Positions 39,307-42,664 of a stretch of DNA of 42,664 nucleotides are shown here, one piece after another. Source of the DNA: an archaeon (lineage in GTDB: Archaea; Iainarchaeota; Iainarchaeia; Iainarchaeales; JAAZKV01); NCBI GenBank assembly GCA_037141515.1, contig JBAXCL010000001.1, positions 1-42,664 on the forward strand, read 5' to 3'. A program made the translations under genes and the position numbers. Within the stretch, counting starts at the first letter, position 1, and every line of letters starts with the position of its first letter. The notes beneath the pieces are model-generated. The model worked only from the letters and a program-made list of their open reading frames with translations. It had not been told where the DNA came from and made no database searches.

Positions 39307-39777
39307 TTATTTTACTATTAAATCGTATTCGTTAAATCTTTCTTGAGTACTCTCTGCTCTATCTAGTTCGTAATACACAATCGGGTTAAACTTTGCAAAG
39401 ACGGGGTATGGATTAGTTTTCATAATCTTGTTGTGGTGATTAAATCCTGTCACGAACATACCGTTTTCGGGTAATGTAAGGGTATATACTTTTGGGTGAT
39501 TATACAATACCAACCACTCCAATATCTGCGGTAGCAAAACCTCCAAATCCATATTATTTATAGGCTTTAGGCGAATGTCTAGGTGTACCTCGTCGCTAGT
39601 ACCTTTTGTGAGTATTAAATGGAAGTTTTTAACGTACCCCGATAACTGTATAGTGTAGTCTGCACTTAACATTTTTGGCTTGTGAGGTAAATCAATGATA
39701 TGAATACCTAAATTGATAGTACTAATGAACTCAATCAACAGTCCGTTTCTTTCTGAAATTTCTTCGTTTGTTAGCAT
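39307..39777 (-). CDS. hypothetical protein (156 aa)
   Basis: Track ORF, tightly packed. Confidence 0.75.
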   Translation of the reverse strand: MLTNEEISERNGLLIEFISTINLGIHIIDLPHKPKMLSADYTIQLSGYVKNFHLILTKGTSDEVHLDIRLKPINNMDLEVLLPQILEWLVLYNHPKVYTLTLPENGMFVTGFNHHNKIMKTNPYPVFAKFNPIVYYELDRAESTQERFNEYDLIVK

Positions 39778-39805
39778 TTTTGTTTTTTTTAGTTAATTAA
39801 TTCTG

Positions 39806-40465
39806 TTACCACCAACCGCCACTACGCTTTTCTTTTGCTCGTTCTTTTTGGAAGTGGCTCTTTAGCCAAGCGTCAGAAAACGCCTTTGGGTTATCCCTGT
39901 TAACATACTTGCTGAACTTTCTAGTCAACTTCTTTTGCTCTTCGTAATTGTCGTCACAAATATCCCTCCAAATATCAAAGTAAATGGTATCGTATTTTGC
40001 CCCTTTTTCGGGCGTGTAATCAAAACAATCTCCTTGAACGACCTTTAACTTGTTTTGGGTGTCAAAAGGCTTTAAAAACGGCGTAATCGTGTCAATTAAA
40101 TCTTGATACAATTCTACTACCGTTACGCTTTTAACCGAAGCGTCAGCAAGTATTGGTATAATAATCATACCTAAACCTAGACCGAACACAATAACGTCGC
40201 CATTTGCGTTCTCTATGAAGTGCCTGTTTGTATTCCTCTCCATTGGAGTATCCGACATCATAACGCCCTTTCCTTTCTGTATCAAATTAACGTACTCAAA
40301 ATTTGCTTGAAGTCCCGCTACACACCAATAGTCACGGAAGTTTCTAATCTTTTCCCACTTAACTTGGTCTTCGGTCAACGAAACTCTGTTTATTGCGTAG
40401 TTCTCGCTTTCAATTCTATGTTTTGGGTAGATTTTGTTTAAATCTACATACTGTCTTTGTATCAT
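39806..40465 (-). CDS. class I SAM-dependent methyltransferase fold (spermidine-synthase-like)
   Basis: Motif I VIVFGLGLGMI, acidic post-I VTVVELYQDLID, then KLKVVQGDCFDY...YDTIYFDIW, in the canonical Rossmann-MTase order. Confidence 0.78.
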   Translation of the reverse strand: MIQRQYVDLNKIYPKHRIESENYAINRVSLTEDQVKWEKIRNFRDYWCVAGLQANFEYVNLIQKGKGVMMSDTPMERNTNRHFIENANGDVIVFGLGLGMIIIPILADASVKSVTVVELYQDLIDTITPFLKPFDTQNKLKVVQGDCFDYTPEKGAKYDTIYFDIWRDICDDNYEEQKKLTRKFSKYVNRDNPKAFSDAWLKSHFQKERAKEKRSGGWW

Positions 40466-40482
40466 ACTTATTTGTGTTTTTA

Positions 40483-40785
40483 TTAATTAATGTTGTCTTC
40501 GTAATCCTCTCTTATTGTTCTTTTTATGTACCTGTGTCCTCGTTCCGCTTCGTCCCACGTTGAGTACTGTTGAGAATATCCGTCACGTTCTCCGCCTAGT
40601 ACATTCGTTTCAAAGAAAATAGGATTTTCCTTGTCCGTGCTTCGGTTGTCACCTAAAAACACGGTAGATATTGTACACTCGCCACCAACTCTGTCAATGG
40701 CTACTTGTCTGTTGTCTTCAAGCGATTTAGACCACTCGTTAACGTCTGTTGTTTTTACGGGTTTCTTCCCTTCTAGTATATACAT
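40483..40785 (-). CDS. conserved small phage protein (100 aa)
   Basis: ISTVFLGDN....NPIFFETNVLGGERDGY...YSTWDEAERGH matches a recurrent phage family (STVFLG.dH....P.LFETMVFGG....RY.T..EA..GH), function unknown. Confidence 0.8.
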   Translation of the reverse strand: MYILEGKKPVKTTDVNEWSKSLEDNRQVAIDRVGGECTISTVFLGDNRSTDKENPIFFETNVLGGERDGYSQQYSTWDEAERGHRYIKRTIREDYEDNIN

Positions 40786-40910
40786 TTGTTTTCTTTTTTA
40801 ATTCCGTTTTTTAATAATTCTTCTAATTCCCATTCTGTATATTTATCCTTGTAGGAGTTAAAAACTACATAAAATACTTTGTTTTGAAAAACTGTTGTTT
40901 GCTCTTTCAT
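40773..40910 (-). CDS. 45-aa small protein
   Basis: Below track cutoff. ATG 4 nt after the stop of ORF 40915. 13-nt overlap with ORF 40483 start. MKEQTTVFQNKVFYVVFNSYKDKYTEWELEELLKNGIKKENKCIY. Confidence 0.5.
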   Translation of the reverse strand: MKEQTTVFQNKVFYVVFNSYKDKYTEWELEELLKNGIKKENKCIY

Positions 40911-40914
40911 TGTG

Positions 40915-41223
40915 TTATCTAAAAAGGGTTGTTAAATCGCCTACCACAATACTCTCCTTAGCTTTGCGTTCCTTATAATTATCTCCACGAAGTTCGGGGT
41001 ACTCTTCTTGCCATTTGGCTCTGCAACGACGGATACTTTCAAAGTGTGTTAAGTCGCCGTTTGAGAAGGCGAATAGAAACGGGTTGAGGTCTGTTATATT
41101 AAGCCTTTCGCACTCCTCTCTCCATATAAGAGTTGCTAGGTGTGTGTCGCTATTGCGTGAGTGTTCGTTGTTTTCTAACATTGTCTTAACCACGTCTTTT
41201 ACCTTTTTTATATCTACTTCCAT
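40915..41223 (-). CDS. hypothetical protein (102 aa)
   Basis: Track ORF. NSDTHLATLIW...FESIRRCRAKWQEEYPEL resembles a common phage ORFan pattern (sD..L...W....esI.R.RRK.Q). Confidence 0.75.
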   Translation of the reverse strand: MEVDIKKVKDVVKTMLENNEHSRNSDTHLATLIWREECERLNITDLNPFLFAFSNGDLTHFESIRRCRAKWQEEYPELRGDNYKERKAKESIVVGDLTTLFR

Positions 41224-41224
41224 T

Positions 41225-41410
41225 TTAGTTATATTTTACAGAGTTTATAAGTATTCTAACTGCGGTGTCCCAATCACGTTTCCTGTTGAGGTTTAATCCC
41301 CACTCGGTAGCGATATGGTTAAGAATTGGTAAGTTATCGCTTACGGGTGTACTCATTACGTTTTGTCTTACTATCTTATCGAATAGTGAACGGTCTGTTT
41401 TTTGTGTCAT
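41225..41410 (-). CDS. 61-aa small protein behind conserved leader copy 2
   Basis: Starts MTQKT. Preceded by AATAACCCCGTTAAAACTAGAAAAAATGAC. Confidence 0.65.
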   Translation of the reverse strand: MTQKTDRSLFDKIVRQNVMSTPVSDNLPILNHIATEWGLNLNRKRDWDTAVRILINSVKYN

Positions 41411-41437
41411 TTTTTCTAGTTTTAACGGGGTTATTAA
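41406..41437 (-). promoter_or_regulatory. conserved dyad-containing leader, copy 2 (short form)
   Basis: Plus strand gtcattttttctagttttaacggggttattaa. Includes the ATG of ORF 41225..41410. Confidence 0.45.
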
Positions 41438-41453
41438 TTTAACTGATTTTCCA

Positions 41454-41834
41454 CTAAAGATGATTGCGAACTCTATACCTGTGGTCGTATTTATCCTTTA
41501 TTTCACACATTTCGCTTCCTATTGTATCAACAACAACGCACAATTCGTTGTTTACTATTTTACCGAGCATTTCTCCATTAAAATAAACCTTGTCTTTTAT
41601 TTTTACAGAAACGGGTACTACTTTTTTTACCTCGTCAAAGTATAGCGTTAATGCTCTATTGTCGCCTGTGACGATATTTATATTGTTGCTACCTATTTCA
41701 TACTTTGCACCCGACTGAACTAATTTTTTTGCTTTCTGTAAGCGTTTTAAGTTTAATTGGTCGTTCACTTCACTACGAGGGTTATTATGGTAAGACGTTG
41801 CGGTGTATTCGCCCTTGCAACCGCACCTACACAT
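41454..41834 (-). CDS. hypothetical protein (126 aa) with N-terminal Cys cluster
   Basis: Track ORF. Begins MCRCGCKGEY. ATG overlaps the stop of mini-ORF 41827..41904 (ATGTGTAG). Confidence 0.75.
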   Translation of the reverse strand: MCRCGCKGEYTATSYHNNPRSEVNDQLNLKRLQKAKKLVQSGAKYEIGSNNINIVTGDNRALTLYFDEVKKVVPVSVKIKDKVYFNGEMLGKIVNNELCVVVDTIGSEMCEIKDKYDHRYRVRNHL

Positions 41835-41904
41835 AAGATTGAGATACTTGATTAAGAGTAATTTCTAAAAACTCTTTTTTGGTCATTGGATTTGAATTTG
41901 TCAT
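41827..41904 (-). CDS. 25-aa mini-ORF behind conserved leader copy 3
   Basis: MTNSNPMTKKEFLEITLNQVSQSYV. Supported mainly by the conserved leader and by coupling to ORF 41454. Confidence 0.35.
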   Translation of the reverse strand: MTNSNPMTKKEFLEITLNQVSQSYV

Positions 41905-41930
41905 TTTTTCTAGGTATTAACGGTTATTAC
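41900..41930 (-). promoter_or_regulatory. conserved dyad-containing leader, copy 3 (short form)
   Basis: Plus strand gtcattttttctaggtattaacggttattac = minus GTAATAACCGTTAATACCTAGAAAAAATGAC. Confidence 0.45.
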
Positions 41931-41979
41931 TATTTTTGATTTTCAATTAATTTTTGTTTCTCCATTTTTTCACATCATT

Positions 41980-42057
41980 TTACCGCCTAAATAAAGGTGG
42001 ATTTGCTAATTTATTTGCTATGTCAACTGTTTGGTTTTGATTTTCTGAATTTGTCAT
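41980..42057 (-). CDS. 25-aa mini-ORF behind conserved leader copy 4
   Basis: MTNSENQNQTVDIANKLANPPLFRR. Same MTNS opening as ORF 41827..41904. Confidence 0.35.
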   Translation of the reverse strand: MTNSENQNQTVDIANKLANPPLFRR

Positions 42058-42154
42058 TTTTCTAGTATTAACGGGTTATTTGATTGATTTATAGCACAAA
42101 TGTACAACATATTTCAATACGTCCAACAAAAATAATTAAAAAGTTATTAACAAT
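42053..42154 (-). promoter_or_regulatory. early promoter + conserved leader, copy 4 (long form)
   Basis: Minus strand: TTGTTAATAACTTT ... TTTG-N22-TACATTTG (-7 box, plus coords 42097-42104) ... AATAACCCGTTAATACTAGAAAAATGAC. Confidence 0.5.
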
Positions 42155-42314
42155 TTGCATAAAGCGTTGAAAGTGAGTAGTTTAAATAGTAGCACAGTCA
42201 TTCATAACAACATCATTCCTATATTAAAGAAGAATGTTATTTACTTCAAGTAACAGAACTAGTATCTGATAAATCTACTGTTGAACTACTGTCAATCTCA
42301 ACCTCTTTAATTAT

Positions 42315-42392
42315 TTAATTTGTTTTAATGTTGTTTAAACACCATTCATTGTAATCTCTTAAATCATCAGTGTCTAATGTTAAGTATTTCAT
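42315..42392 (-). CDS. 25-aa mini-ORF
   Basis: MKYLTLDTDDLRDYNEWCLNNIKTN. Leader AAAAACAAATAGAAAAATGAAA is shared with ORF 42397..42573. Confidence 0.3.
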   Translation of the reverse strand: MKYLTLDTDDLRDYNEWCLNNIKTN

Positions 42393-42396
42393 TTTT

Positions 42397-42573
42397 CTAT
42401 TTGTTTTTAAATTGTTTAATCATTGGAATTACAAATGTTATCAAAACTGATATTGAATAAAATATAATTATCATAGGTTTCCATAATATTTTACCATCAG
42501 TATAACACATACCCCAAAATAAAATATAAAATAACGTCTGAAAAACAAGCAGTTTAAAGTAAAACATTTTCAT
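42397..42573 (-). CDS. 58-aa two-helix membrane protein
   Basis: Below track cutoff. MKMFYFKLLVFQTLFYILFWGMCYTDGKILWKPMIIIFYSISVLITFVIPMIKQFKNK. Stop is 4 nt before the next ATG. Confidence 0.5.
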   Translation of the reverse strand: MKMFYFKLLVFQTLFYILFWGMCYTDGKILWKPMIIIFYSISVLITFVIPMIKQFKNK

Positions 42574-42664
42574 TTTTCTATTTGTTTTTATTTGTTAATG
42601 TTCTTTTTAAATAAAGGAGTAACGACAGTTTGTTAATATGTATGTTATTAGCCACCTATAGTAC

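Noticed and set aside
35389-41645. Plus-strand ORFs inside the minus block (35389..35781, 37569..37817, 38059..38301, 38860..39072, 40220..40441, 41015..41296, 41265..41645)
   Set aside because: All are antisense to longer, tightly packed minus-strand ORFs and span gene junctions. Their composition is hydrophobic/Phe-Leu-Ser rich, as expected for shadows of AT-rich genes.
1-42664. Searched for CRISPR arrays, tRNA/rRNA genes, reverse transcriptase/DGR template-variable repeat pairs and toxin-antitoxin pairs
   Set aside because: All regular repeats found are in-frame coding repeats. No T-psi-C-like GGTTCGAATCC-type signature or cloverleaf-sized non-coding gaps were noticed. No RT motifs (YxDD) occur in a suitable ORF. 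This was a by-eye scan, so small RNAs cannot be excluded.

Overview
AT-rich (roughly 35-38% GC by eye), almost gap-free coding sequence. It reads as part of a large phage, or a phage-derived element, of a Bacteroidota/Flavobacteriia-type host. Start codons mostly sit behind A-rich leaders (aaataaaaATGG) with no Shine-Dalgarno, stop/start overlaps (TAATG, ATGA) are frequent, and one textbook TTTG-N19-TAnnTTTG promoter is present. There are two convergent blocks. The plus-strand block (nt 1-34367) holds about 60 ORFs, including about 10 mini-ORFs missing from the 60-aa track. The minus-strand block (34356-42664) holds small early-type ORFs. Recognisable functions are few: four peptidoglycan-hydrolase types (GH19-like, GH108-like, SLT lytic transglycosylase, M15 peptidase endolysin), two PG-binding-domain proteins, a holin/spanin-like lysis cassette, a minimal ATP-dependent ligase-like nucleotidyltransferase, an HExxH protein, fibre/spike-like proteins, an ART-like (polyvalent-protein type) domain in two ORFs, and a SAM-methyltransferase fold. 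I could not recognise a terminase, portal, HK97-type capsid, tail tube, tape measure or polymerase by eye. Five signals are not explained by ordinary annotation. (i) Ten otherwise dissimilar ORFs (about 25% of the window) all end in ...Y-x-I-G-G-L-stop preceded by a K-G-G element. (ii) The same ORFs are punctuated by about two dozen [YF]-A-K-G-[SG] linkers whose DNA (TACGCTAAAGGCTCTACT) is nearly invariant. (iii) About half of the plus-strand ORFs are predicted single-pass membrane proteins, including a five-member GMSK tail-anchor family. (iv) Six ORFs share an N-terminal 'CDT' adaptor-like domain. (v) Four copies of a conserved dyad-containing leader precede minus-strand early ORFs. All homology statements come from motif recognition by eye and need profile searches.
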